Notes under the pieces: model-generated
The model's input: the letters and a program-made list of their open reading frames with translations, nothing else
Told to the model about the DNA's origin: nothing
The model's database searches: none
Translations under genes and position numbers: made by a program
In this document: piece after piece, positions 8,783 to 18,978 of the stretch
How the letters are laid out: each line of letters starts with the position of its first letter
How positions within the stretch are numbered: the first letter of the stretch is position 1
Assembly (NCBI GenBank): GCA_900552755.1
Contig: USAY01000001.1
Location: forward strand, 1 to 54,753
Reading direction: 5' to 3'
DNA: 54,753 nucleotides
Source: an uncultured Collinsella sp.
GTDB lineage: Bacteria > Actinomycetota > Coriobacteriia > Coriobacteriales > Coriobacteriaceae

Positions 8783-9967
8783 GTGGGCAAGGCGAAGGCT
8801 AAAGCGAAGAAAAAGACGACGGGGGCGCGGGCTAAGCGTGACCGTCGTCGGAAGCTCGCGACCGAAGCGCCCGTGTCTGCCGAGGAGTTGTTGGCGAGCG
8901 TACCGGGGCTCGATGCGCTGCAGGATGTTCCGGCGTTTGATGACCTGCCGGTCGATGAAACCCAGCAGACTGCCTTTGATGATTTCTGCGCACATGCCGA
9001 GGAGCCCGAGCAGATGCAGCTGGGTGCCGTTATTCGCCTGGATCGCGGGTTTCCGCTGGTGGCCACTGCCGACGACACCTTCCGCGCCGAGCATGCCGTG
9101 GGGTTTGCCAAGTCGCGCGGCGAGGACGAGGTCCTGCTGCCTGCCGTGGGCGACCGTGTGGCGGTGCGCCGCGCTCCCGGGCACGATATGGGCGTGATTG
9201 AGTGCGTGCTGCCGCGCCGTACGAGCTTTGAGCGTTGGCGCGGCCGTGCCCGCGGAGAGCGCCAGGTGCTCTGCTCCAACGTGGATAGCGTGCTAATCGT
9301 GCAGGCGCTCGGTGCCGGTGAGGTGCTGCTCGACCGCGTGGCGCGCTCGCTGGTGTTGGCGCTCGACTGCGATGCCGAGCCAGTGGTGGTGCTCACCAAA
9401 GCTGACCGCTGCGATGCCGAGGAGCTCGAGCGCGATCTGGACCGCGTGCGCCGCCTGGTGGGTCCGGACGTGCGCGTGATCGTGACGTCCTCTGCCGAGG
9501 GCCGCGGCCTGGACGAGGTCCGTGTCTGCGTGCCTGCCGGGAGCTGCGCCATGATTCTGGGCGAGTCGGGTGCCGGCAAGTCGACGCTGCTCAATGCGCT
9601 GCTGGGCCACGATACGTTGGCGACCGGCGGTGTGCGCGAACGCGACGACCAGGGCCGTCACACTACCGTCGCGCGCGTGATGGTGGCGCTGCCGGGCGAC
9701 GCCGGTGTGATCGCCGATGCCCCGGGCCTGCGCAGCCTACCGCTCGTGGGTCACGAGCGGGGTCTGGCGCGCGCCTTCCCCGAGATTGTCGAGGCATCGC
9801 GCGCGTGCCGGTTTGGCGATTGCACACATACCCATGAGCCGGGTTGCGCCGTTCGCGAGGCCGAGGACGCCGGGCAGATCGACAGTCTGCGTCTGGAAAC
9901 GTTCCAAAACTTGGCGTCATCCATGCGCGTGAGCGCTCAAATGCTCGATCCCGATGTCCATCTGTAA
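8783..9967 (+). CDS. rsgA: Ribosome small subunit-dependent GTPase A
   Basis: PAVGD, TKAD, GESGAGKSTL, GRHTT, DAPG and CRFGDCTHTHEPGC zinc finger; GTG start after GGAGG. Confidence 0.93.
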   Translation: MGKAKAKAKKKTTGARAKRDRRRKLATEAPVSAEELLASVPGLDALQDVPAFDDLPVDETQQTAFDDFCAHAEEPEQMQLGAVIRLDRGFPLVATADDTFRAEHAVGFAKSRGEDEVLLPAVGDRVAVRRAPGHDMGVIECVLPRRTSFERWRGRARGERQVLCSNVDSVLIVQALGAGEVLLDRVARSLVLALDCDAEPVVVLTKADRCDAEELERDLDRVRRLVGPDVRVIVTSSAEGRGLDEVRVCVPAGSCAMILGESGAGKSTLLNALLGHDTLATGGVRERDDQGRHTTVARVMVALPGDAGVIADAPGLRSLPLVGHERGLARAFPEIVEASRACRFGDCTHTHEPGCAVREAEDAGQIDSLRLETFQNLASSMRVSAQMLDPDVHL

Positions 9968-9983
9968 TTGATTTTTCCTATGA

Positions 9984-10019
9984 CAGCCGTCTCCCAACTG
10001 TTCGGGAGACGGCTTTTTT
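9984..10019 (+). terminator. Intrinsic terminator after rsgA
   Basis: AGCCGTCTCCC...GGGAGACGGCT followed by a T-run. Confidence 0.8.
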
Positions 10020-10219
10020 GCTGCGGAAAAGCCTCGAAACATGCAGCTTGCTGACGTGCTGACCAAAACCTTGCCATGAGCTTGACGGGCTGGTCAGCTT
10101 TTGGTCAGCGATTGGTTTGACATCGAAAACCAAGATCGCGATTGCGCCGCTTTGCACTCTGACCGCCCAGACAATGGTGGTACGGGCATTCGCCCGGCAC
10201 TGCCATGAGAGGAGCGGCC

Positions 10220-10879
10220 GTGAACAAGAGCAAGCGCATCGCCATCAGTCTGGTCGCGGGCGTGCTCGCTGCTCTGCTCTGCATGGTTTACGGCTCGTCG
10301 ATCCGCTCGCAAGCCGAACAGGTCCAGGCTGAGACCTTGGCCAAGTACGGTGGCGATCGCGTCGAGGTATGCGTCGCGGCGCGCGATATCGATGTGGGCG
10401 AGACCCTCGATGAGACCAATGTCATAACCCAGGAATGGCTGACGAGTCTGCTGCCGCGTGACGCGGCGACCGAGCTGCGCCAGGTGCGCGGCGACGTGAC
10501 GACTTCGCGTATTCCCAAAAACGCCGTGATCTGCAATGTCTACACCAAGGCCGAGAGCCACAAGCTCGAGGTGCCTAAGGGCAAGGTCGCCGTTTCGGTG
10601 GCGGTCGATGCCGAGCACTCGGTCGGCGGCGCTACGGGCGTGGGCAGCTACGTGGATGTGTATGTGCAAAAAGACGGCGTAACCGATCGGCTGTGCGGCG
10701 CGCACGTGATCGATACCAGTGAGGATTCCGGTGCCACGCGCGAGGGCAAGATCGAATGGGTGACGCTGGCGGCTGACCCCGAAGACGTCAAGGAACTGCT
10801 GGGAGCTTCGGGTAAGGGAACGGTCAGCTTGACGATTCCCGCCACGGCGCGCGGCAAAAAGAGCGGAGGCGACGAGTGA
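10220..10879 (+). CDS. cpaB: Flp pilus assembly protein CpaB/RcpC (SAF domain)
   Basis: N-terminal TM, VCVAARDIDVGE SAF motif, AVSVAVD...VGG...GSYVDV; first gene of the Tad cluster; GTG start after GAGGAG. Confidence 0.85.
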   Translation: MNKSKRIAISLVAGVLAALLCMVYGSSIRSQAEQVQAETLAKYGGDRVEVCVAARDIDVGETLDETNVITQEWLTSLLPRDAATELRQVRGDVTTSRIPKNAVICNVYTKAESHKLEVPKGKVAVSVAVDAEHSVGGATGVGSYVDVYVQKDGVTDRLCGAHVIDTSEDSGATREGKIEWVTLAADPEDVKELLGASGKGTVSLTIPATARGKKSGGDE

Positions 10880-12528
10880 TGAAGGCGATCTGGCTTGCGT
10901 GCTGCGCGTGCGGCGATTACGGGCTGTTGCAGCGGGAAGTCGAGGGCCGTGATGCGGGTGCACAGGTGCTTCGCGTGGGTGACCTGGACGGGCTGATTTC
11001 CATGGCGCGGGCGTTTCCGTCGCGCCGCGGAGCTGCCATCATCGCGGCGTCTCTGTTTGATACCGAAGATGTGCGCAAGGCTGTTGCGCGCCTGACGGCT
11101 GAAGGCCGCGTGAGTCGCGTGGTCGTGTTGATAGAAGCACTCGATCCGTCGGATATCGAGGGGCTGTTTCGCGCAGGGGCGACCGAGGTCATCGCTGCGC
11201 ACAGTATATGCGGCAACGGGCGTGCGGGCGAGGGGGCGGTTGATTCCGATCGGCGCATGACGATTGAGCCCGATGCTTTTGTTGATAGGGAACCCGGGGC
11301 GCCTCGCGCTACAAGAGGCCCGCGTGTTGATGATTTTGGAAAAGCGGAAGCCGAGCATGGTCGGCACCCCCGGAACCCCCTTGTATACGATGACGCTGGA
11401 GAGCCAGCGCAGCATGCTGACGACTCCCCGGCTGCAGATATGGGATACGTGCACGGCGTGAATCTGGCGGATGAACTCGACGAAGTTGAGGGCTTTGCCG
11501 GGTGCGGCGAGTTGTCGCTGATGCGGCATGAACAGATTGCACAGAACGAGCCTGCCTCGCAGACCGAACAAGCCGCCATGCCGGCTTGGACGCAGCGTGT
11601 GGTTGCGGCGGGGGAGACGGGGACGCTGTCACCGACGCCCGCTCCGCCGCCTTCGATGCCGCCGGCAGACGCTGCCGCTCCGCAGCATCGAGCTCCGGTC
11701 ATCTGCGCCATTTCGGGTTCGGGTGGTTGCGGCAAGTCGACGATCGTTGCCACCATGGCACACGCATCGTCGCTGTTGGGCTTGCGTGCCGCCGTGCTTG
11801 ACCTGGACTTGATGTTTGGAAACCTTTACGACTTGTTAGGCGTCGATGCTCCGCGCGATATGGCGGCACTTATCGAGCCGTCGGCGGCGGGCGCGCTCAC
11901 CGAGCTGGATATCGTAGCCACATCGATGCGCGTGGCGCCGGGCGTTACGCTCTGGGGTCCCGTCGCGGCGCCCGAGCAAGCCGAGCTCATGGCACGTCCG
12001 GTGGAGCTACTGCTTGATGTCCTGCGTCGCGAATCCGACGTGGTCTTTATCGATACCTCGGTCTTTTGGGGCGATGCCGTGGCGGCTGCGGTGGCGGCGA
12101 GCGACCGTTGCCTAGTCGTTGGCGATGCTGCGGTGTCGTCCGCGACATCGGCGTCGCGCGTCATTGAACTGGCAAGTCGAGTAGGTGTGCCGCGCACGCG
12201 CATGAGCGCCGTGTTCAACCGGTTCGGTGCGCGCGGAGCAGACGAGGACGTCGCCATGCGCTTTGAGATTGCCTGTGCGTTGAGCTCCAAGATTCGTATC
12301 GCCGATGGCGGGCAGGATCTCGCCGCGCTCATGGCGTTTGGGCGCGCTGACGAAGCAGTGGGGCAGACCAGCGCTTTTGCGTCCAGCGTACGCGAGGCCA
12401 CGCGCGAGATGCTCGTGGAACTGGGGTGCGCCGTCGGCCCTTGGAGCGATATGGTCGCCGACCGTGCAACGCGTACCGAGCGCCCGCGTATCCGCCTTCC
12501 CTGGTCGCGCGAGGGTGATTCGCGATGA
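10876..12528 (+). CDS. CpaE/TadZ-like MinD/ParA-family ATPase with a degenerate receiver-like N-terminus
   Basis: SGSGGCGKST deviant Walker A, LDLDLMFG and VFIDTS; lies between cpaB and cpaF. Confidence 0.8.
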   Translation: MMKAIWLACCACGDYGLLQREVEGRDAGAQVLRVGDLDGLISMARAFPSRRGAAIIAASLFDTEDVRKAVARLTAEGRVSRVVVLIEALDPSDIEGLFRAGATEVIAAHSICGNGRAGEGAVDSDRRMTIEPDAFVDREPGAPRATRGPRVDDFGKAEAEHGRHPRNPLVYDDAGEPAQHADDSPAADMGYVHGVNLADELDEVEGFAGCGELSLMRHEQIAQNEPASQTEQAAMPAWTQRVVAAGETGTLSPTPAPPPSMPPADAAAPQHRAPVICAISGSGGCGKSTIVATMAHASSLLGLRAAVLDLDLMFGNLYDLLGVDAPRDMAALIEPSAAGALTELDIVATSMRVAPGVTLWGPVAAPEQAELMARPVELLLDVLRRESDVVFIDTSVFWGDAVAAAVAASDRCLVVGDAAVSSATSASRVIELASRVGVPRTRMSAVFNRFGARGADEDVAMRFEIACALSSKIRIADGGQDLAALMAFGRADEAVGQTSAFASSVREATREMLVELGCAVGPWSDMVADRATRTERPRIRLPWSREGDSR

Positions 12529-13853
12529 GTTTGCAAACAAGGATTAAGGCTGCCGGCGCTGCAGCGGCGACAGCGCCTGTAGATGCGGGGCGTCGCCGCG
12601 CGGTGAAACGACGCACCAAGCGCGCCGTGATGGACCGCATGGGTTACGACGAAGTGGCGCGTATCAGCGCCTATATCGACCCGGCGCTTGCCCGCTCGGA
12701 ATTGCGTCCCGCGGTGGAGGCGGCGCTCAATGTTGAGGAGCCGACCGACCTGGCGACGCCCGAGCGCGAGACCATCATCGACGAGATTTTGGATGACGTG
12801 GTGGGCTTGGGACCGTTGCAGCCGCTCATCGAGGATGACACCGTTACCGAGATCATGATCAACGGCTGCCGCTCGGCTTTCTTTGAACGCGGCGGCGTCT
12901 TGCACCCCATCGAGCATGCGTTTGAGGATGATGAGCAGATCCGTGTGCTTATCGACCGCATCATCTCGCCACTTGGCCGCCGTATCGACGAGCGCAGCCC
13001 CATCGTCAACGCCCGCCTCAAAACGGGCTATCGCGTCAACGCGGTGATTCCGCCTGTGGCGATTGACGGACCGATTCTCACCATCCGAAAGTTCTCGGAC
13101 CGTATCTGCTCGCTGGACGAGCTTGTGGGGCTGGGGTCGCTGCCGCTTTGGTATGCGCAGCTGCTGTCGTGCGCGGTGTCGCTGCGACAGGACCTGGCGG
13201 TTGCGGGAGGCACGGGATCTGGTAAGACCACCCTGCTCAACGCGTTGTCATGCGAGATTTCCACCGGCGAGCGCATCGTGACGATCGAGGACTCTGCCGA
13301 GCTCAAGTTTGCGCATCATCCGCACGTGGTGCGCCTAGAGGCGCGCGAGGCTTCAATTGAGGGCGAGGGCGCGGTGACGATCCGCGACCTGGTGACCAAT
13401 GCCCTGCGCATGCGCCCCGACCGCATCGTGGTGGGCGAGGTGCGCGGTGCCGAGTGCTGCGACATGTTGCAGGCCATGAACACGGGCCACGATGGGTCGC
13501 TCACCACACTTCATGCGGGTTCAGAACAGGAGACCGTGGTGCGTCTGACGTTGCTTGCACGTTATGGCATCGATCTGCCGAGCGAGCTCATCGAGGAGCA
13601 GATTGCCATGGCGCTCGACGGCATCGTGATGTCCGAGCGCCACGCCGATGGCAGGCGTTTCGTCTCCTCGTATTCGGGGGTGCGTCGCGCCGCGTCGGGC
13701 GGCGTAGAACTCGAGCGCTATGTGACTTTCGATGCCGCCGAGCGAACCTGGACGCTTGACCGCGAGCCGCCGTTTATCGCAGAAGGCCTGCGGTCGGGGA
13801 CGCTCACACAAGAGGAGGTGGACGAATGGAGGTCGCTGTGCCCCTCGTCGTAG
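12525..13853 (+). CDS. cpaF: Tad pilus assembly ATPase CpaF/TadA
   Basis: [52 protein letters not shown] and [15 protein letters not shown] motifs. Confidence 0.96.
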   Translation: MSLQTRIKAAGAAAATAPVDAGRRRAVKRRTKRAVMDRMGYDEVARISAYIDPALARSELRPAVEAALNVEEPTDLATPERETIIDEILDDVVGLGPLQPLIEDDTVTEIMINGCRSAFFERGGVLHPIEHAFEDDEQIRVLIDRIISPLGRRIDERSPIVNARLKTGYRVNAVIPPVAIDGPILTIRKFSDRICSLDELVGLGSLPLWYAQLLSCAVSLRQDLAVAGGTGSGKTTLLNALSCEISTGERIVTIEDSAELKFAHHPHVVRLEAREASIEGEGAVTIRDLVTNALRMRPDRIVVGEVRGAECCDMLQAMNTGHDGSLTTLHAGSEQETVVRLTLLARYGIDLPSELIEEQIAMALDGIVMSERHADGRRFVSSYSGVRRAASGGVELERYVTFDAAERTWTLDREPPFIAEGLRSGTLTQEEVDEWRSLCPSS

Positions 13854-14752
13854 GGGGTTTGGCAGGGTTTTCTGTTGCGACGGCGTGCGGGGCGGAACCT
13901 CGTGTGCCGCAGGTGCCGCCGGCGGAGCTGGCGCGTCAGGCGCTCGAGACGGTGGCAGAGAAGCTGCCGCGTGAGCTGGTGGAAAACGATCTGCTGAAAA
14001 AGATCGCCCGTTCGTGGGCATCGCTGGCTCCGGCGCGTCGCCTTGGCCTCGTGATCGAAGATGCTTCGGGGCGTTTGGCGTTTCTGCTGCTATCGAGCGG
14101 TGTCTGCTGCGTTTTGCTAACGATGGTGTCGTTATCGCCCCTCGGGTTTGCCTTGGGACTTGTTGCTCCGATTGCCGCTGGCGCCGCTCGGGATGGCTTT
14201 GAGAGCCGGCGCGAGCAACACGATGCAGAAGAGGCCATGCCCGAGGCGTTTACCGCACTTTCCATGTCGCTTGCCTCGGGACATTCGCTGGCCCAGGGCA
14301 TGCGCTTTGTGGGCGCTCATGCGCAAGAACCGGTGCATACCGAGTTTTTGCGGGTAGCGGCGGCGATCGATTGCGGCATCTCGGCGACCGACGCGCTCGA
14401 TGACTTGCTCGTGCGCATCGACGCCCCCGGCCTTTCGCTTGTGACCTTGGCGCTTAAGGTGTCTCAGCGCACCGGTGCTCCGCTTGCCGACTTACTGTCC
14501 GAGGCGTCGAGCATGGTGGGGGAGCGCATTGAGCTCAAGCGCCGCCTGGATGTTAAGACGTCGCAGGCTCGCATGTCTGCGCATATGGTCGCGGCGATGC
14601 CGGCGGGCATGTGCGCGGTGTTGGCGCTGCTTTCGGCAGATTTTCGTCGCGGTCTTGCGACGCCTGCCGGTGCGGGCGCTGTGGTGCTGGGTCTAGCCCT
14701 CAACGTCGTTGCCCTGGTGGTTATCCGGCGCATTATGCGGGTGGAGCTATGA
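13826..14752 (+). CDS. tadB: TadB-like type II secretion system F family membrane protein
   Basis: MPEAF...SLASGHSL, QRTGAPLA and TSQARMSA motifs with TM helices; follows cpaF. Confidence 0.85.
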   Translation: MEVAVPLVVGGLAGFSVATACGAEPRVPQVPPAELARQALETVAEKLPRELVENDLLKKIARSWASLAPARRLGLVIEDASGRLAFLLLSSGVCCVLLTMVSLSPLGFALGLVAPIAAGAARDGFESRREQHDAEEAMPEAFTALSMSLASGHSLAQGMRFVGAHAQEPVHTEFLRVAAAIDCGISATDALDDLLVRIDAPGLSLVTLALKVSQRTGAPLADLLSEASSMVGERIELKRRLDVKTSQARMSAHMVAAMPAGMCAVLALLSADFRRGLATPAGAGAVVLGLALNVVALVVIRRIMRVEL

Positions 14753-15390
14753 GCGCCCTGGTTGCAGTTGTGGCTTGCCTGTGTGCCCTGAGTGTATTTG
14801 TCGCGACGGGTTTGGATCGGGCGGATGCGCGCAAGATCGCAGGGGCCTGCAAGCGCGAGGCGGTGCTGGTCGCTGCCGCGGGTCGCTCGGTGGTCGATGC
14901 CCTGACCGCGCGAGTGAAGGGCGCGGTTGGAGCGGGCGGCCCGGCGCGAGTGTCGCTCGGCGAAGTGTCCGAGATGATCGATGTTGTGCGCTTGGGTCTT
15001 TCGGCCGGCCTTTCGTTTGATGCGGCGCTTGAGATTTTCTGCGCCAACCGCCGGTCAGTGCTGGCTCTTCGCCTTGAGCGGGCCTGCATGGCGTGGCAGG
15101 TGGGCGTGGGCACGCGTGAGGACGAGTTGTTGGCCGCCGCGCGCGACCTGGACGTGCGAGCGCTCGAGACCTTTGCCATTACGGTGGGGCAGGCACTCGC
15201 CCTGGGTGCCCCACTTGCCGAGACACTGGCCGCTCAAAGTCGCGAGATCCGTGCGGCTCATCGCGCCGCGGTCGAGCGCGAGATTGAGCGTGCGCCCGTC
15301 AAGCTGCTGATTCCCACCGGCACGCTCATCTTGCCGGCGTTGCTTCTGTCCATATTGGGCCCGCTGCTGGGAGCAGGCGGGATGATGTAG
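14749..15390 (+). CDS. tadC: TadC-like type II secretion system F family membrane protein
   Basis: LSAGLSFDAAL, LGAPLAETL and APVKLLIPTGTLILPA motifs; ATGA overlap with tadB. Confidence 0.85.
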   Translation: MSALVAVVACLCALSVFVATGLDRADARKIAGACKREAVLVAAAGRSVVDALTARVKGAVGAGGPARVSLGEVSEMIDVVRLGLSAGLSFDAALEIFCANRRSVLALRLERACMAWQVGVGTREDELLAAARDLDVRALETFAITVGQALALGAPLAETLAAQSREIRAAHRAAVEREIERAPVKLLIPTGTLILPALLLSILGPLLGAGGMM

Positions 15391-15400
15391 GGAGGAATAC

Positions 15401-15634
15401 ATGAACACGATGACTGACGCTGCTGGCAAGGTCCAGGGCTGGGCGTTTTGCCGGGCGGCACATGTTCGTCAGCGCGCCAAGGAGCTACTGCAGGAGGAGA
15501 GTGCACAGGGTACCACCGAGTATGCCATCTTGGTCGGCGTGCTCGTGGTGATCGCGATTATCGCCATCGTCGCATTTAAGGGCAAGGTCCAAGATCTATG
15601 GAACGCTATCAGCGAGGGCATCAACAGCCTGTAG
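15401..15634 (+). CDS. Flp-type major pilin
   Basis: 77 aa, AQGTTEYAIL class III signal followed by a hydrophobic helix; strong GGAGG SD. Confidence 0.88.
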   Translation: MNTMTDAAGKVQGWAFCRAAHVRQRAKELLQEESAQGTTEYAILVGVLVVIAIIAIVAFKGKVQDLWNAISEGINSL

Positions 15635-16161
15635 AGGGCGAGCGCCCCATCGGGGTGCTGCTGGTGTTTGCTTGCCTGACCGTGGCGATAGCGGCGGTGC
15701 TTTGGGGGCTTAACGCCGCGCGGCAGCAGCGTCCTGGGGCCGCCTTCGATTCGGGCTCAGATTCGGCGGTGGCGTCTCAAAAAGATGAGATGCGAGATGC
15801 GGACGATTCGGATGTCGCTGTCACGGCGCAAACCTTTCTGCGGACGCTCGACAAGCGGTCTGGCACTGCGACGGATTCGCCTGGGGACAACGCGATTACG
15901 GTCCGGCTTGCATGGTCTGAGGACCGACCGATGACCGAGGCAGCGGCGGATATGTTACGCGCCTACCGCGAGGTGCCAACGGCCCAGCTCGCCCTGAGCG
16001 GCTATCTTGATATTAAGGGCAACGTATGGGGCGCCATCGTGCGCGATGGGCGCGGCTGGGTCGATATGGTGACGGTTGCCGCGGATGCCGGCGATGCCTC
16101 GTGCCGCCTGCGCGTGATCCGCCTGAGCCCGCAGGCATCGAACTCAAAGGAGGGGTCGTGA
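15598..16161 (+). CDS. Hypothetical membrane-anchored protein of the Tad cluster (start uncertain)
   Basis: ORF filling the gap between two pilins, with an N-terminal hydrophobic helix; alternative GTG start at 15655. Confidence 0.65.
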   Translation: MERYQRGHQQPVEGERPIGVLLVFACLTVAIAAVLWGLNAARQQRPGAAFDSGSDSAVASQKDEMRDADDSDVAVTAQTFLRTLDKRSGTATDSPGDNAITVRLAWSEDRPMTEAAADMLRAYREVPTAQLALSGYLDIKGNVWGAIVRDGRGWVDMVTVAADAGDASCRLRVIRLSPQASNSKEGS

Positions 16162-16162
16162 A

Positions 16163-16381
16163 ATGCATGACGTCCTGCGCGAGGAATCTGCCCAAGCGAC
16201 TGTGGAATACGCCATCGTCACGGTGGCGCTGTTATCGATCGTGCTGGCGATTGTGGGACTTTGGCGTGCTGGCACCGATGGACGCTTGGCGGCGCTGGTT
16301 GAGCGGGCGGCATCCCATGGCGTTGCCTCGACGTCGGTTATCGACGCCGCTGCGGGCGCTAAGGACATCGCGTTGTATTGA
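16163..16381 (+). CDS. Small Flp-like pilin
   Basis: AQATVEYAIV motif plus hydrophobic helix; AAGGAGG SD. Confidence 0.8.
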   Translation: MHDVLREESAQATVEYAIVTVALLSIVLAIVGLWRAGTDGRLAALVERAASHGVASTSVIDAAAGAKDIALY

Positions 16382-16853
16382 TATCGCGCGCGAGGACTGG
16401 GCGCAGTCTACGGTCGAGGCCGCTTTTTTGCTGCCGACGTTTCTGACGCTCATCCTTCTCGCACTGCAACCGGTGTGCCTGCTTTATACGCGCGCGGTCA
16501 TGGAGTCTGCCGCCGCCGAGACCGCGCGGCTCATGATCACGACGACGGCGGAGGACGACGATCTTAAGGAGTTCACCCGCCGCCGGCTTGCCGCAGTGCC
16601 CAACGTTTCGATCTTTCATGCCGGCGGGCCGTTGTCGTGGGATATTGAGCTTAGCCGGGCCGATGCGGGTGGCGTCTCGTCCGTGTCCGTTTCCGGCGAG
16701 GTCAAGCCGTTGCCTGTGATCGGTGCGTTTGCGCAGGCTATGGGTGGTACCGCCGAGGGTGGCTACGTTGAGCTCAAGGTCGATGTCTCGTATCAATCAC
16801 GTCCCGAATGGCTGGAGGGAGATTATGATTCGTGGATTGCTGCATGGGATTAA
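16317..16853 (+). CDS. TadE-like pseudopilin (start uncertain)
   Basis: AQSTVEAAFLLP...ESAAAETAR TadE motif. Confidence 0.8.
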   Translation: MALPRRRLSTPLRALRTSRCIDIAREDWAQSTVEAAFLLPTFLTLILLALQPVCLLYTRAVMESAAAETARLMITTTAEDDDLKEFTRRRLAAVPNVSIFHAGGPLSWDIELSRADAGGVSSVSVSGEVKPLPVIGAFAQAMGGTAEGGYVELKVDVSYQSRPEWLEGDYDSWIAAWD

Positions 16854-18978
16854 GCGTTTCTGGTCTAGACGCGTTTTGACGCGCCGTCCGAGCTGCCATC
16901 GCAAGCGAGGCGGCTTTATGGGCCGCGCCGGTATCGACCTGTTTATCGAAGACGGTGCCTACACCACGCTTTCTTCTGCCGTGGTCATCCTAGTGGTGCT
17001 CACGTTGTTGTTTTCGTCGACCGCGGCGATATGGAGCATGTCGCGCGCGGGGGACACCCAGGTGGCGGCCGATAGCGGCGCGCTGGCGGGTGCCAACGTA
17101 GTGTCGTCCTATCACACGGCTGCCACGGTGGTTGATGCGAGCATCTTGAGTCTGGGGCTAGCGGGGTTTGCCACGATCGGGACGGGCCTGGTCGCCATCC
17201 TCATCCCGGGTGCCGAACCAGTTGCCGGCAATATGGTCGACACCGGGATTGAGATCATTAAAACGCGCAACAAGTTTGCCAAAAGCGCATCGGAAGGCTT
17301 GCAGAAAATCGAGACGGCTCTGCCGTATCTGATTGCCGCGCGTGCCACGCAGGCGGTGTCGGCGCAGGATACCGATAGTGTGACCTATACCGGTACGGCG
17401 CTTGCCGTGCCCAGGACGTCCGAGTCGGATTTCGTTGCGCTCGAGGGTTCTGAGATCTCGACCGATGCCATTAAAGACACATCGAAAGATCTGGAGCGCG
17501 CAGCAGATGAGCTGCAGAAGGCCTTGGAGGAGACGGCGAAAGCAAAAGAACGCGCCTGGCTTGCGGATTGCGGTGGATCGGTTCCGGCTTCGGTCGGTAG
17601 CTGTTCATGCATGTGGGAACGTACGAGGAGTTTGGCAAAGCTCTCGGGTGAGCAGAACCCGCATTATGCCTCGAGCATTTCGTGGGAGCCACAGGTGGCG
17701 CTCGACCGCGCGAAGACCTACTACCGTCAACGCCTGGCAGACGAAAAACCGCAGGGTTCAAGCGTCGAGACGAAGGCGGAGTCGGCGGCGCGCAAGGCGT
17801 TTTACACCTATGCGAGTACAGAGGTCAATCGTGCATATGTAACCGAGGACGGAGATGAAGTCGCTTCCTATATCCCGCTGTTGCCGCGCAACACTGACGA
17901 GGTGCGAGCGACGGAACTCTATACCGATACGGTGTGGCCAACCAGTGCCATCGATGGCAAGACGTATCTGCATTACGGAACGAGTTGCCCCAACTATAAG
18001 AAGGGGGCGCCATGCGGGCTGGCCTCGGTTGTTGCTTATGACGGGCAGGACAAATGCAATAGATGCCATTTTGGTGTTTCGTCGCTCGGTGCCGTTGCGG
18101 CTCCTTCGACTTCTATCGAAAACGGCTTTGAGTACCACTTTGATCGATTCAAAGAGGCTCTGGAAGACTACGTCGAATGCCGCAACAAAGAACTCGAACT
18201 TGAGCGTCAGACCGAGGATGAGGCCGACCGTGCGGGCAATGCGTTTGACCAGGCCATTAAAGCGCTTTCCGGCGAGCGCCCGCGTATCGCCCCACCTGGC
18301 CGCAACGGCGTGGTCGCCTTTGCAGTTTCGGGTGACATTACCAGCCCCGATCAACTTAACTCCTCGTTTAACGCGGCAGTCAGGCTTGGCGATCGCGGTG
18401 CTATCTCTGCCGCGGTGCTGGCGCCCGATGAGGCGACGGCGCAAAACAACGTGCTTTCGCGATTTTTCTCGACATTGAAGGAACGCTCGGGCGGCGTTGC
18501 CGGCGTGCTCGACGGCGTCATGGATGTTTGGGGACGGCTACTCGTGGGATACGGAGACATCCAAGGTTCGGCCGACGAACTTATGGACGAGATGATTAAA
18601 GACCTAGGAGGGGGCAGCGGTGCGTTGGGCTCCATTGCATCGTGGCTCGGCGATACCGTTTCGGCGTCCGTGGCGGCGCTGGGTTTGGAACCGTGCGACT
18701 TGCGCCTGCGAAAGCCGGTGCTGACCGATTCCGCCAACGTCATTAAGAGTCCGGGGTCTGACATTGCGGGTCTCTCTCAAACGCAAGACAAACTGCGAAG
18801 TATTCCGTTGGGCGTGACCGATCCCAAGGCGCTTTGCGAGGCGTTGGAATATCAAGTCGAACGCACCATTAGCGGTACGGTGTTCACACTTGCGGAGATT
18901 CCTCTGCCCGGCGGCGGCTCCATCCCGCTCACCGTCGATGTCGCCACGCTGGTTGGCGCTCTGGGCGGTGGGTCGTAA
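16825..18978 (+). CDS. Large TadG-like minor pilin with Cys-rich motifs
   Basis: DGAYTT plus TM plus QVAADSGALAG Tad motif; ATG after GGAGGGA; Cys clusters in the middle of the protein. Confidence 0.75.
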   Translation: MIRGLLHGIKRFWSRRVLTRRPSCHRKRGGFMGRAGIDLFIEDGAYTTLSSAVVILVVLTLLFSSTAAIWSMSRAGDTQVAADSGALAGANVVSSYHTAATVVDASILSLGLAGFATIGTGLVAILIPGAEPVAGNMVDTGIEIIKTRNKFAKSASEGLQKIETALPYLIAARATQAVSAQDTDSVTYTGTALAVPRTSESDFVALEGSEISTDAIKDTSKDLERAADELQKALEETAKAKERAWLADCGGSVPASVGSCSCMWERTRSLAKLSGEQNPHYASSISWEPQVALDRAKTYYRQRLADEKPQGSSVETKAESAARKAFYTYASTEVNRAYVTEDGDEVASYIPLLPRNTDEVRATELYTDTVWPTSAIDGKTYLHYGTSCPNYKKGAPCGLASVVAYDGQDKCNRCHFGVSSLGAVAAPSTSIENGFEYHFDRFKEALEDYVECRNKELELERQTEDEADRAGNAFDQAIKALSGERPRIAPPGRNGVVAFAVSGDITSPDQLNSSFNAAVRLGDRGAISAAVLAPDEATAQNNVLSRFFSTLKERSGGVAGVLDGVMDVWGRLLVGYGDIQGSADELMDEMIKDLGGGSGALGSIASWLGDTVSASVAALGLEPCDLRLRKPVLTDSANVIKSPGSDIAGLSQTQDKLRSIPLGVTDPKALCEALEYQVERTISGTVFTLAEIPLPGGGSIPLTVDVATLVGALGGGS

